A stretch of 54,367 bases of DNA. It comes from an uncultured bacterium (lineage in GTDB: Bacteria; Lernaellota; Lernaellaia; Lernaellales; Lernaellaceae). The number at the start of each line of letters is the position of its first letter. Position 1 is the stretch's first letter. Made by a program: the position numbers and the translations under genes. Location of the stretch: assembly GCA_964534375.1 (NCBI GenBank), contig CAZHPN010000014.1, positions 1 to 54,367 of the forward strand, read 5' to 3'. Shown piece after piece: positions 18,968 to 27,900 of the stretch. A model generated the notes under the pieces. The model saw nothing but the letters and a program-made list of their open reading frames with translations, did not search any database and was not told where the DNA came from.

Positions 18968-20167
18968 TCACGGGGCGGCGGTCACCGCATCGTAATAAAG
19001 TACAGCGTTGAAGAGCGCATCGACGATGCGCGCCTGCGTCGCGGGGGTGCGCAGCAATTCGGCCTCTTCCGGATTGCTCATGAAGCCGACCTCGATGAGC
19101 ACCGCCGGCATCTGGGCGCCCGCGAGCACGAAAAACGGCGCTTGCTTGACGCCGCGGTTCTCGATGTTCATCGCCAGGTCGAGCCGCGCCTGCATCGCGA
19201 TGGCGAGGCGTTCGGACGCCGCGAGGTTCTCGGTGCGGATCATGTCGCGCAGAATCTGATTGACGTCGTCGCCCGACGCGGGCGGTTCGTTCGGCGCGAC
19301 CGTCGCGCTTTCGCCGCCGTTTTCCGTCGCGGCCAGCCGCGCCGCGCGGTCGTCTGACGATTTCAACGACAAGAAATAGACCTCGAAGCCCGTCGCCGTG
19401 CGCCGGTACGCGCCGTTGGCGTGAATGCACAGGAACATCTCGGCGCCGTTGAGGTTGGCGATGCGCGTACGCTCGGGCAGCGGCACGAACGTGTCGTCGC
19501 TGCGGGTGAGGATCACGTCGAGGTCGGTCTCGCGCCGCAGCCGGTCGGCCAGCTTCAGCGCCAGCGCCAGGTTGATGTCTTTTTCGAAATAGCCCTGCGG
19601 GCTGCGGGCGCCGAGGTCGTGGCCGCCGTGGCCGGCGTCGAGGGCCAGTTTGTGCACGGCCAGCATGTGATGGCGGTCCGACGACGAATCGACGAACAAG
19701 CGCGGCGCGACCGGCGGCGGCGCGGTCGGCTGCAGGTTCGCGAGCTCGACGGGTTTGCCGGCGAGCGCCGGCACGGCGCGTTCGAAGAAATCGACCGGCG
19801 CGAAAAAGCGGCCGGCGAAAAAGCGCGGCGCCGCCTTGAGCGTCAGCCACTGGCCGTTGACCAGGGCGTTGGCGGAGAACGGGTCGAGCGCGGCCAGGCG
19901 GTCGTCCCAGCGGATAGTCAGGCGTTTGGCGTCGGCGCGCCAGACGACATTGGCGCCGAGTTGCCGCAGCGTCGCTTCCACCGGCAGGTACGTCACGCCG
20001 CCGCTCTGGTAGATCGTTTCCAGCGGATACTCTTTGCCGTCGAAACGCAGGACGCCCGCGGGTCCGGCGGATGATTCGTTTTTTGACAGGATCAACAGGA
20101 TCAACAGGAGATGCCGAATGCGGAAGGGCGAATGCGGAATGGAAGCCGGCGGTCGATCATACCGCAT
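18968..20167 (-). CDS. N-acetylmuramoyl-L-alanine amidase (Amidase_3) with N-terminal stalk/copper-amine-oxidase-N-like domain
   Basis: LDAGHGGHDLGA, EKDINL, LTRSDDTFVPLPER, CIHANG, MPAVLIEVGFMSN; RBS GGGGAG before ATG 20167. Confidence 0.88.
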   Translation of the reverse strand: MRYDRPPASIPHSPFRIRHLLLILLILSKNESSAGPAGVLRFDGKEYPLETIYQSGGVTYLPVEATLRQLGANVVWRADAKRLTIRWDDRLAALDPFSANALVNGQWLTLKAAPRFFAGRFFAPVDFFERAVPALAGKPVELANLQPTAPPPVAPRLFVDSSSDRHHMLAVHKLALDAGHGGHDLGARSPQGYFEKDINLALALKLADRLRRETDLDVILTRSDDTFVPLPERTRIANLNGAEMFLCIHANGAYRRTATGFEVYFLSLKSSDDRAARLAATENGGESATVAPNEPPASGDDVNQILRDMIRTENLAASERLAIAMQARLDLAMNIENRGVKQAPFFVLAGAQMPAVLIEVGFMSNPEEAELLRTPATQARIVDALFNAVLYYDAVTAAP

Positions 20168-20212
20168 AGTCCGCTCCCCTTTCTTCATTCCGCACGCGGC
20201 ATTCCGCATTCC
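20079..20212. repeat. Nonamer element plus inverted heptamer arrays (CGAATGC/GGAATGG versus CATTCCG) overlapping the amidase 5' end
   Basis: ttttttgacaggatcaacaggatcaacagg; cgaatgcggaagggcgaatgcggaatgg; cattccgcacgcggcattccgcattccg. Confidence 0.8.
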
Positions 20213-20217
20213 GCCGA

Positions 20218-21072
20218 TCACTTGCCATCGTGGTCAAACATCTTCTGCAGGTCGACTTCCGCGGTTTGGTTGTTTTCCCAGACGACGACGGTCTGACTCA
20301 CCTGGTATTGATCGTAACGGATGATCAGTTCGTGCTCGCCCACGGGCGCCGCAAGCACCGCCCCTTTTTCGCCCTGCGACGGAACCGTCGCCTCCGGCGC
20401 GTGCGCCCAACCGACCTCGGCGCCGTAGAGCGCCAGCGCCCCGACGCGCACGATCACGCGCACGTTCATTTCTTCGGGCGGCCGCTCTTTCGCCGCCGGC
20501 CGGCGCGGATTCTCGGCCGCCAGACCCGCGTGGCGGATCGCCTCCGCCGGCGGCCGCTCGGCCGCGACCGGCGCCGGCGCCGGCGGTTCCGCGTCCGGCG
20601 GACGCACGGGTTCGACCAGGGCCGTCATCAGCTCGACGGCGATGCCCGGCCCGAACGGCAAGTGCGTCGTCGTGAAAAAGCGGCTGGTCTCGTCCGCCGG
20701 GGGCCTGGCGAGCCGTTCGAGCAGATCGAGGAAATCGTCGAAGCCGACGTCGCCGCGCAGCCGCAGCGCCCGCAGGTTGTGCTTGAGCATGACGAACAGG
20801 AACTCGGCGACCGGCGCCGTATCCTGCGCGGCGATGCGCAGCGGCGCGCCGTTGACGAGCAAAATGCCGTGCAACTCTTTGAAGACGATTTCGCCGCTCG
20901 GGGCCGCGAGCGCCGGCAGCGACTCGTGCAGCGCGGCAGTGTGCTTGGCCACCAGCCGATTGCTCTTGGCGAAGCGCGCCAGGTGCGCCAGCGCGTTCAC
21001 CCATTGCTCGATGAACGACAGAACGGCGTCTTCCGCGGCTTTTCCCTGGGGGGGCTTGGGGGCTTGGGGCAT
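20218..21072 (-). CDS. Hypothetical protein (N-terminal helical domain, Pro/Ala linker, C-terminal PEGA-like beta domain)
   Basis: Open frame with GC-skewed codon use, in line with its neighbours. Confidence 0.6.
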   Translation of the reverse strand: MPQAPKPPQGKAAEDAVLSFIEQWVNALAHLARFAKSNRLVAKHTAALHESLPALAAPSGEIVFKELHGILLVNGAPLRIAAQDTAPVAEFLFVMLKHNLRALRLRGDVGFDDFLDLLERLARPPADETSRFFTTTHLPFGPGIAVELMTALVEPVRPPDAEPPAPAPVAAERPPAEAIRHAGLAAENPRRPAAKERPPEEMNVRVIVRVGALALYGAEVGWAHAPEATVPSQGEKGAVLAAPVGEHELIIRYDQYQVSQTVVVWENNQTAEVDLQKMFDHDGK

Positions 21073-21151
21073 AGCGGCCGGTGGCTCTCCTTGCGCAATC
21101 TTAGGAACACCGCGCGGCGCGTGTCAAATGCAAGACGTGAAGCGGCCGGGC

Positions 21152-21341
21152 TTGGAAGCATGGGAAGCATGGGAATCATGGCGCCTAGGGGACCTAGGGG
21201 ACCTATACGACCTATAGGTCATATTCGCCTCCTCGTCGCGCGGGTCGCCGCAAGTGTTCAGCGGCGCGGCCGAACACTGACCGCCGGTCACGACTACTTT
21301 GCCTTTCTTCCCGAGTCCCGAATCCCGAATCCCGAACCCCG
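21152..21341. repeat. Nonamer arrays (TGGGAAGCA, GGGGACCTA) at 21152-21224 and heptamer array (CCCGAAT) at 21309-21341
   Basis: Read directly. Confidence 0.8.
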
Positions 21342-21348
21342 TTTCCTC

Positions 21349-21972
21349 CTACGCGAGGTCGGTCTTCCACACCCGTTCGCCGTCGCCGGCCAACAGTTCG
21401 CGGCCGTGCGTGCGAATCCGCGTCAGGCCGCGGCGGGGTCCGAACAAGGTTTGCGCGATCCCGAGGCTCAGGGCGGCGCCGGCCGCAGCTTGCAGCGGGT
21501 CGACGACGTAAATGCGGTCGCGGCCGAACGAGCCGTGCACCTCCAGCAAGCGATGGCCCGCCATCGCCAGCAGCCGGCCGGTCCCGTGCCGCCAGCCGCC
21601 GACCAGCCCGGCGTCGAGCGAGCCGCCTTGCGCCGCGCGGTCCGGATCGACCAGCAGCGTTCGCTTCCGCGAACCGCGATCCAGCAGCGCCAGCAGCCGC
21701 CGGCCGCCGATATCGAGGACCGCCCAGCCGTTCGGCCCGACGTCGAGACCCGGCGCGGCGAAGGCCAGGGTTTCGCCGGCCGCGATGTGCAAGACGATGC
21801 GCCCCTGGTCGCATTCGAGGTTTTCGGCGAGCGGCGGCAACGGCTCGGCGGTTTCGATCCACGTCGGCCGTTCGAGCACGCGTTCGAGCGGCAGCAGTCG
21901 TTGATGCCAGCGGGCCAGCGCCAGCAGCAACGCGGCGCCGACGGCCATGATGCCGAGGTACACGGCGGTCAC
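21349..21972 (-). CDS. Hypothetical membrane-anchored protein
   Basis: GTG start overlapping the upstream stop (GTGA); N-terminal TM segment VYLGIMAVGAALLLALA. Confidence 0.6.
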   Translation of the reverse strand: MTAVYLGIMAVGAALLLALARWHQRLLPLERVLERPTWIETAEPLPPLAENLECDQGRIVLHIAAGETLAFAAPGLDVGPNGWAVLDIGGRRLLALLDRGSRKRTLLVDPDRAAQGGSLDAGLVGGWRHGTGRLLAMAGHRLLEVHGSFGRDRIYVVDPLQAAAGAALSLGIAQTLFGPRRGLTRIRTHGRELLAGDGERVWKTDLA

Positions 21973-22721
21973 GCGCGCCTCCGCAGGCGGTTGAAGCGGT
22001 CGCGGATTTTTTCCAGCCGCGAGGCGCGCCGGGCGCGCCGTTGCTCGCGGCGCGCCACCTTGTCGGGGCTGGGCCACGCGCCGCGCGTGCCGGCGCCGAG
22101 CACGCCCGGCAGGTGCCGCCGCAGGTGGAAAAAGCCGACGGCGGACACGGCGATCTGGTAGAGGCTGAGCAGCACGAGGAACGGGTTGAGCACGTCGACG
22201 TGCGTGTGCACTTTGATCAGGAGAAACAGAAACAGGTAATATTTCGATTTGAAAACGAACTTGTACGGCATGTCCATCACGTTGCGGACGATGATGAACA
22301 CGATCATGTACAAATACGTGGCGAGATACAGGCCGCCATACAGCGGATCGGCGAAGCCGAAGTGCATCGCCGTCAGCGCGACGACGACCATCGCCGTGAT
22401 GTCGTTGATGATGTCGGACAGCGCGCCCTTGTCCGAGGCGTAGCGGCCGAGGCGCGCCACCGGGCCGTCGAAGCCGTCGAGGAGGATGTGCAGGATCAGC
22501 ACGCACCAGGCGGCGACATATTGCCGGAGGCCGAACAGCGGGAAGAAGAAGAACGGCAGCAGCAGGCCGCTGGCGAGCGTGATCGCGTCGGAGCGGACGT
22601 TGCGGCGCACGAACAGCAGCGCCAGCGGTTTGAGCAGCCGCGTACGCCGGTCGGCGACGGTGTGGAAGTATTCCTCTTCCGACGCGCCGAAGTAGTGCAG
22701 TTTGCTGTGCGGCTTGGCCAT
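21969..22721 (-). CDS. CDP-alcohol phosphatidyltransferase family protein
   Basis: LDGFDGPVAR...SDKGALSDIIND signature; multiple TM helices. Confidence 0.85.
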   Translation of the reverse strand: MAKPHSKLHYFGASEEEYFHTVADRRTRLLKPLALLFVRRNVRSDAITLASGLLLPFFFFPLFGLRQYVAAWCVLILHILLDGFDGPVARLGRYASDKGALSDIINDITAMVVVALTAMHFGFADPLYGGLYLATYLYMIVFIIVRNVMDMPYKFVFKSKYYLFLFLLIKVHTHVDVLNPFLVLLSLYQIAVSAVGFFHLRRHLPGVLGAGTRGAWPSPDKVARREQRRARRASRLEKIRDRFNRLRRRA

Positions 22722-22913
22722 GCTCCGCCCGGCTGCTCCTTTCCTTGGAAATAGCCTGCCTGCCCGCCGCGCGTCAAGAGAGGTCCCCGGGCGGCGCGGC
22801 CGGGGGCCGGTTGGCGTCCGGGCGCGGATCGGGCAAAATAACGCCGAACCGCAACCGAGCGTTTGTCCGTTTCTTGTCCGGCGCCGGCCGGCGGACGTGA
22901 GAGAGATGACGCG

Positions 22914-23840
22914 ATGAAAAAAATGCTGTTGCCCGTGTTGCTCGCGCCGTTGCTGGCCCTGGCCGCGATCCTGCTGTTCGCCTGCGGCCATGCCAAACAC
23001 TCGGCCGCCGCCCCCGCCCCCGCGGCGGATGACGACGCGTCGCCGGCCGCCGCCGACGATGACGACAACGACGACATGAGCGTTCCGCCGGATCAGGCGT
23101 TTTTGCCGATTCCGCCCGAAGGCACGCACTGGATGATGGTGTTCGACGACGAATTCGACGGCACGGAACTGAACACGAACATTTGGACGGCGACCGGCAG
23201 CATGGCGGATCCCGTGCCGCGGCGCGACGGCTACTGGGTCAAAGAGGCGATGTACCTCGACGGCCTGGGCCATCTGGTGATCGAAACCTTCGAGAAGGAC
23301 GGCAAGTATTACGACGGCTGCATCGACACTTCGAATTCCTTCAACCATACGTACGGCTATTACGAAATCCGCGCCAAGCAGCATACGCAGGTCGGGCACT
23401 GGTTCGCGTTCTGGCTGATCGGCGGCGACACGAGCAGCCCGACAGCGGCCGCCGGCGAGGAAATCGACATCCTGGAAAAACCCTGGGTGGCCGGTCTATT
23501 GAAGGATTTCACGCAAAGCGCCTTGCATTGGGATGGCAGCGCCGGTTTCACCGAGCAGCTCGTCAACGACCCGCAGGTCATGGACGGCGACTACCACACG
23601 TTCGGCTTCTGGTGGGGCGGAACCGAGTACAACTTCTATGTGGACGGCAAAGTCGTCTGGACGACCAACCAGGGCGGGATTTGCCAGGTCCCGATTCCGA
23701 TCGTTCTTTCCGACGAAATCGGCACGAATTTCTTCGACAACGGCAACATCGTCAACGCCAAATTGCCGGATTACACTTACGTGGATTACGTGCGCGTGTT
23801 CGACTTAGTCGACAACTTGGCGCCATCGACGCCAGATTGA
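22914..23840 (+). CDS. Glycoside hydrolase family 16 lipoprotein
   Basis: Lipobox LFAC, Asp-rich linker, FDDEFDG, EEIDILE catalytic motif, VDYVRVF. Confidence 0.88.
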   Translation: MKKMLLPVLLAPLLALAAILLFACGHAKHSAAAPAPAADDDASPAAADDDDNDDMSVPPDQAFLPIPPEGTHWMMVFDDEFDGTELNTNIWTATGSMADPVPRRDGYWVKEAMYLDGLGHLVIETFEKDGKYYDGCIDTSNSFNHTYGYYEIRAKQHTQVGHWFAFWLIGGDTSSPTAAAGEEIDILEKPWVAGLLKDFTQSALHWDGSAGFTEQLVNDPQVMDGDYHTFGFWWGGTEYNFYVDGKVVWTTNQGGICQVPIPIVLSDEIGTNFFDNGNIVNAKLPDYTYVDYVRVFDLVDNLAPSTPD

Positions 23841-23872
23841 AAAGCGCCGGCCTGGCGGCCTTCACGCGGGCA

Positions 23873-24002
23873 AGTCTGACCAGTCGGACCATTCGGACCG
23901 GTCGGACCGGTGGGACACAACCGCGCTTGTGAAGTGGCCGGCGCCAGCCCACCGGCTCCCGGCCCCGAATCCCGAACCCCGAATCCCGAACCCCGAGTCC
24001 CG
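23873..24002. repeat. Nonamer array (GTCGGACC[A/G]) at 23873-23916 and heptamer array (CCCGAA[T/C]) at 23956-24002 between convergent genes
   Basis: Read directly. Confidence 0.8.
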
Positions 24003-24011
24003 CGACATGCG

Positions 24012-25604
24012 CTAATCCACAAACCGCGGCTGTTCCAACAACGGCGGATACGGGTCCGGCTGATCGGGCAGCAGCGCGCCGTCGAGCGGCCGCGCCGCCG
24101 CCGGCGCCGTGACGCTCGGCGCCGCCGCCGCGGTCCGGACGTGCAGCCCGCCGCCGGCGAATTCCAGCAGGCCGTTGACCAAGCTGCGGTAGAGCGCGTC
24201 GCCGAGAAAATCGGCGCCGCGCCGGTTCGGGTGGGTCATGTCGCCGGCGCACATGGCCGGCTTGCTTGTGTACCAGCGGGCCATCGAGCCGCGGCCGCCC
24301 ATCGCTTCGTAAGTGTTGTAAAACGCGCAGCCGGCCTGCAAAGCGGCGCGCCGCTGGGTCTCGATCAGCCGCGGAATGATCGGATTGGTCGTCAGTCGGC
24401 CATTGACGCGCGAGGCGCGATCCGCCGGCGAGACCACCAGGCACGACGCGGCCGGCAACGACGCGCGGATGCGCCGGAGCACGCCCAGGTAATCGGCTTC
24501 GACGACGCTCATCGGCCGGTCGGCGTCCTCGGATTCGTTGGTGCCGAAATTGAACACGACCAGGTCGGGCCGGCGCAGGCGAAGCTGCTCGGCCCAGAGG
24601 TTCGGATCGATGCGGTCCAGCGTGCGCGCCCGGCCGCCGTTGACGCCCAGGGTGTCGTAGACCACGCCCGGCGTGTCGCGTTCGAGCACGGCGCCGAAAA
24701 GGCGCACCGGGCCGTCGCCCAGGCATTGCAGGCGGAAACGGTGCGCGCCGTCCTTGACCTTGACGACGTACACGCCGCTTTTCACCGCCGGCCCCGCGGT
24801 TTTCACCTTCGCGTACGGCGCGCCGTCCACGCTCACGGCGAACGACCCGCCGCCGGGCCGCACCAGGTAGTGCGCCTCGAAGCGGCTGACCCGCCGCCCG
24901 ACCTCGCCTTTCGGGCTCGTCGCGTACTCGACGAATTCGCCAGGCCCGGAGCCGTCGAACGCGTAGCCGGCGACGCCGTAAAGGCCGCCCTTGCTCTTGG
25001 GTTTCATGATTCCATCGACAGTCCACTCGTTGGACGTGTGATACAGGATGTCCCAGTGCTGGTACCACGGCCACGGCTTGCCCGCGAGCATGTAGCCGTG
25101 GCCGGCGTCGCCGAACCGCTCCTGCAGCCGCCGCCGCGCCTGGCCGGTGAGAAAATCGACGACCACGAGCGAATCGCCGAAGTGCATGATGCGCGTGATC
25201 GCGCCCGGCTCCTTGCGCGACGTGCGGGTCAGCGCCTCGAAAAACGAGCCCATCGCGCGGCCGGTCGGGTCTTCGATGCGGCGAAACGCGCCTTGCAAAT
25301 CCTCGGCTTGCAGGTTGACGCCCAGCGCCGCGGCGGCCTGTTCGCGGGTGGCGCGCACTTCCGCCGCCGCGCTGCTTTTCTCGACCGTGACGTCCAACGC
25401 GCGCTCGGTCATCGACGAATTGTTCGAAAACCACGAGCCGCCCTGCGCCGGTTCGAAGCGCAGGCTGGCGAGCAGTTGCCGGGGGTCCGCCTTGAAGCCG
25501 CCGATTGCGCAGAACAGCAGAAACCACGCCAGCGCCTGCGCCGTTTTACCGGTCAGGACGGCTCGTGGCGTCGCCCCGGGCGACGAATGTTTCGGTGCGT
25601 TCAC
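24012..25604 (-). CDS. SGNH/GDSL-family protein, PatB/Ape-like peptidoglycan or glycan O-acetyltransferase/esterase
   Basis: HFGDS block I, GVNGG, FGTNES, DMTHP; directly downstream of the MBOAT gene. Confidence 0.75.
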   Translation of the reverse strand: MNAPKHSSPGATPRAVLTGKTAQALAWFLLFCAIGGFKADPRQLLASLRFEPAQGGSWFSNNSSMTERALDVTVEKSSAAAEVRATREQAAAALGVNLQAEDLQGAFRRIEDPTGRAMGSFFEALTRTSRKEPGAITRIMHFGDSLVVVDFLTGQARRRLQERFGDAGHGYMLAGKPWPWYQHWDILYHTSNEWTVDGIMKPKSKGGLYGVAGYAFDGSGPGEFVEYATSPKGEVGRRVSRFEAHYLVRPGGGSFAVSVDGAPYAKVKTAGPAVKSGVYVVKVKDGAHRFRLQCLGDGPVRLFGAVLERDTPGVVYDTLGVNGGRARTLDRIDPNLWAEQLRLRRPDLVVFNFGTNESEDADRPMSVVEADYLGVLRRIRASLPAASCLVVSPADRASRVNGRLTTNPIIPRLIETQRRAALQAGCAFYNTYEAMGGRGSMARWYTSKPAMCAGDMTHPNRRGADFLGDALYRSLVNGLLEFAGGGLHVRTAAAAPSVTAPAAARPLDGALLPDQPDPYPPLLEQPRFVD

Positions 25605-25616
25605 GCGGCTGCCTTC

Positions 25617-27032
25617 TCAGAACTGCGTGTAAATATACGGTTGCACGTCGCGGCTGGCGACGGCATATAATAGCGCCGCCGCCGCAAACAAAACGAGCCC
25701 CTGCACCGACGCCGGCAAGCGGCCGAAACCGTCGCGCACCCAGCTCTCCGCCCGCCGCGGCGCCCAATGCAGACCGTAGCCGACCGCCAGCGGCAGCAGC
25801 ACCGGCCACGTCAGATTCGGCGCGCCGCCGATGAACGAAAACGCCACCCGCAACAGGTTGCAGCCGGCGCCCAGGTCATCGGCGCGGAAAAATATCCACG
25901 CGAAACAGACGAAATGGAACGTGACGAAGCCGGTCAGGAGCCGGCCGAGCGGCGTCGCCGCGTCGTCCCGCCCGAGCGCGCGCTGCGCCAGCCGCGTCAC
26001 GCTCTGGCCGACCGCGTGGAGCGCGCCCCAGAACAGAAATTTCCACTCGGCGCCGTGCCACAGGCCGCAGAGCAGCATCGTCGCGCACAAATTGAAATAG
26101 GTGCGGGCGCCGCCGCGCCGGCTGCCGCCGAGCGGGATGTAGAGGTAGTCGCGGAACCAGGTCGACAGGCTGATGTGCCAGCGCCGCCAGAAATCGCGCA
26201 GGTTTGTGGCGCGATACGGCAGCGCGAAATTGTCGGGGATCTCGAAGCCGAGCAGCAGCGCCGAGCCGATCGCCACGTCGGAATAGCCGGAGAAGTCGCA
26301 GTAGATTTGCAGCGCGTAGCCGTAGATGGCCGCCAGCGCCTCCCAACTCGTATACATTTCGGGGATTGAAAACACGCGGTCGACCAGGCCCATGCCGAGC
26401 GCGTCGGCGATGACCACCTTCTTGAACAACCCGGCCATGATCAGCCACAGCGCGCGCGAGCCTTGGATGTCCGTCAGCGACGGCCGGCGCTCGAATTGCG
26501 GCAGCAGCTGCGCCGCGCGCGTGATCGGCCCCGCGGCGATCTGCGGAAAAAAGCCCACGTACAACAGGTATTCGTGGTAGCGGTGCGTCGGCGCCAGCGT
26601 GCCGCGGTAGATGTCGATGACGTACGACATCGACTTGAACGTGTAAAAGCTGATGCCGAGCGGCAGAATCAGACCGAGGCGCAGCCGCACCGGATCGAGT
26701 CCGAGCAGCGTCGTGAAATCCGACGCCGCGCCGAGCAAAAAATCGGCGTATTTGAACAACGCCAGAATGCCGAGGTTGGCCGTCAGGCTGACCGCCAGCA
26801 GGGCGCGCCGCCCGGCCGGCCGCCGCATCGACGGCAGCAGGCCGCCCACGAAAAAATCGAGCGAGCCCGTGAACCAGAGCAGGACGAGATAGTCGATCCG
26901 CCAGTTGGCGTAGAAAAAGATCGAGGCGGCGAGCAGCAACGCCATGCGGGCCAGGCGAATTCGCGCCAGACCCCAATAAACCAGAAAAACGGCGACTAAA
27001 AAGACGCCGTACTTGGCGCTGGTGAACAGCAA
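25617..27032 (-). CDS. MBOAT O-acyltransferase (AlgI/PatA/DltB family)
   Basis: LPLGISFYTF, FPQIAAGPI, QIYCDFSGYSD, FWRRWHISLSTWFRDYLYIPLGG, GLWHGA. Confidence 0.93.
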   Translation of the reverse strand: MLFTSAKYGVFLVAVFLVYWGLARIRLARMALLLAASIFFYANWRIDYLVLLWFTGSLDFFVGGLLPSMRRPAGRRALLAVSLTANLGILALFKYADFLLGAASDFTTLLGLDPVRLRLGLILPLGISFYTFKSMSYVIDIYRGTLAPTHRYHEYLLYVGFFPQIAAGPITRAAQLLPQFERRPSLTDIQGSRALWLIMAGLFKKVVIADALGMGLVDRVFSIPEMYTSWEALAAIYGYALQIYCDFSGYSDVAIGSALLLGFEIPDNFALPYRATNLRDFWRRWHISLSTWFRDYLYIPLGGSRRGGARTYFNLCATMLLCGLWHGAEWKFLFWGALHAVGQSVTRLAQRALGRDDAATPLGRLLTGFVTFHFVCFAWIFFRADDLGAGCNLLRVAFSFIGGAPNLTWPVLLPLAVGYGLHWAPRRAESWVRDGFGRLPASVQGLVLFAAAALLYAVASRDVQPYIYTQF

Positions 27033-27096
27033 GGCGACCCCACAACCCGCGCGGAGTATAGCGCGGGGCGGGAAGCAAGCAAGACTGGCAGAAGCT

Positions 27097-27156
27097 GCGA
27101 ATTACGAGTTACGAGTTTGGAGCGCAACTCGTCATTCGTAACTCGAAATTCGTAAC
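27097..27156. repeat. Inverted heptamer arrays (TTACGAG versus CTCGTAA/TTCGTAA), hairpin-forming
   Basis: gcgaattacgagttacgagtt ... aactcgtcattcgtaactcgaaattcgtaa. Confidence 0.8.
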
Positions 27157-27464
27157 CGGGCCGCCCGTAAGCTCTGGATCGTTTCGGCCGCGTTGCTGCG
27201 GATGGCCGGCGCGTCCAATATGCCGCGGACTTTGTTTTCCACGTGCGTCAGCCGGCTAACGAGCCCCCGCAACTGCGAAGCTTGCGTCTCGGCGGCGCAC
27301 GGGAAGCGGATCTTGTTCATTTCGGCCGCCAGCTCCGCGAGGCTTTCGGTCAAACCGAGAGCAATCAGCAGGCAGCGATCAAAGCGAAGTTGCCGGCCGC
27401 GGTCCGTTTCATCGGCAGTCGCCATCGAATCTTCACCTTGTTGCCGCATCGTTTCCTGTTGCAT
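27132..27464 (-). CDS. Hypothetical helical protein
   Basis: Open frame following the receiver gene; start uncertain; 3' end runs into the heptamer repeat. Confidence 0.35.
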   Translation of the reverse strand: MQQETMRQQGEDSMATADETDRGRQLRFDRCLLIALGLTESLAELAAEMNKIRFPCAAETQASQLRGLVSRLTHVENKVRGILDAPAIRSNAAETIQSLRAARLRISSYE

Positions 27465-27498
27465 TACTGCCCATCTCCTCTCTCCGCTTCGCGGCGGC

Positions 27499-27900
27499 TC
27501 AGCGCTCGACTGTCTGCCGCAAGGCCTCGTCAAGTTCGGCGTACGAAAAAGGCCGCGGGATGCAATTGATCTGCGGACGGTCCGGAAAAAGACGACGCAC
27601 ATCGCCCGCTTGGCCCGGGCCGTAAACGATGAGCGGCACGCCGGCGCCAAGGCGCGGCACGCTGGAAACGGCGCGTTCGGCGGCAATTTCTGCGGTTTTT
27701 CGGTCCAACAGGATCGCCGCGATTCGATCGGCGAACTCGCGGAACAGTTCCACCGCATTGGCGAGGTCCGCCGCCAGCAGCGAGGGCCAACCGAGGTTTT
27801 CCAAGATGGACCCCGCGACCACGCGCGAATACGGCTGATTGTCGACAACAAGCACGAAATTGCGCCCGCGCGCGTCGCCCCGTTCGGTTACGTCGCTCAT
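27499..27900 (-). CDS. Atypical single-domain response regulator receiver
   Basis: VLVVDNQ, AILLD, PRPFS (conserved Lys apparently replaced by Arg). Confidence 0.65.
   Translation of the reverse strand: MSDVTERGDARGRNFVLVVDNQPYSRVVAGSILENLGWPSLLAADLANAVELFREFADRIAAILLDRKTAEIAAERAVSSVPRLGAGVPLIVYGPGQAGDVRRLFPDRPQINCIPRPFSYAELDEALRQTVER

Noticed and set aside
18687..19357. Short ORFs with RIADCGL / NPQSAIR peptide repeats
   Set aside because: They are translations of the intergenic heptamer array and overlap real genes
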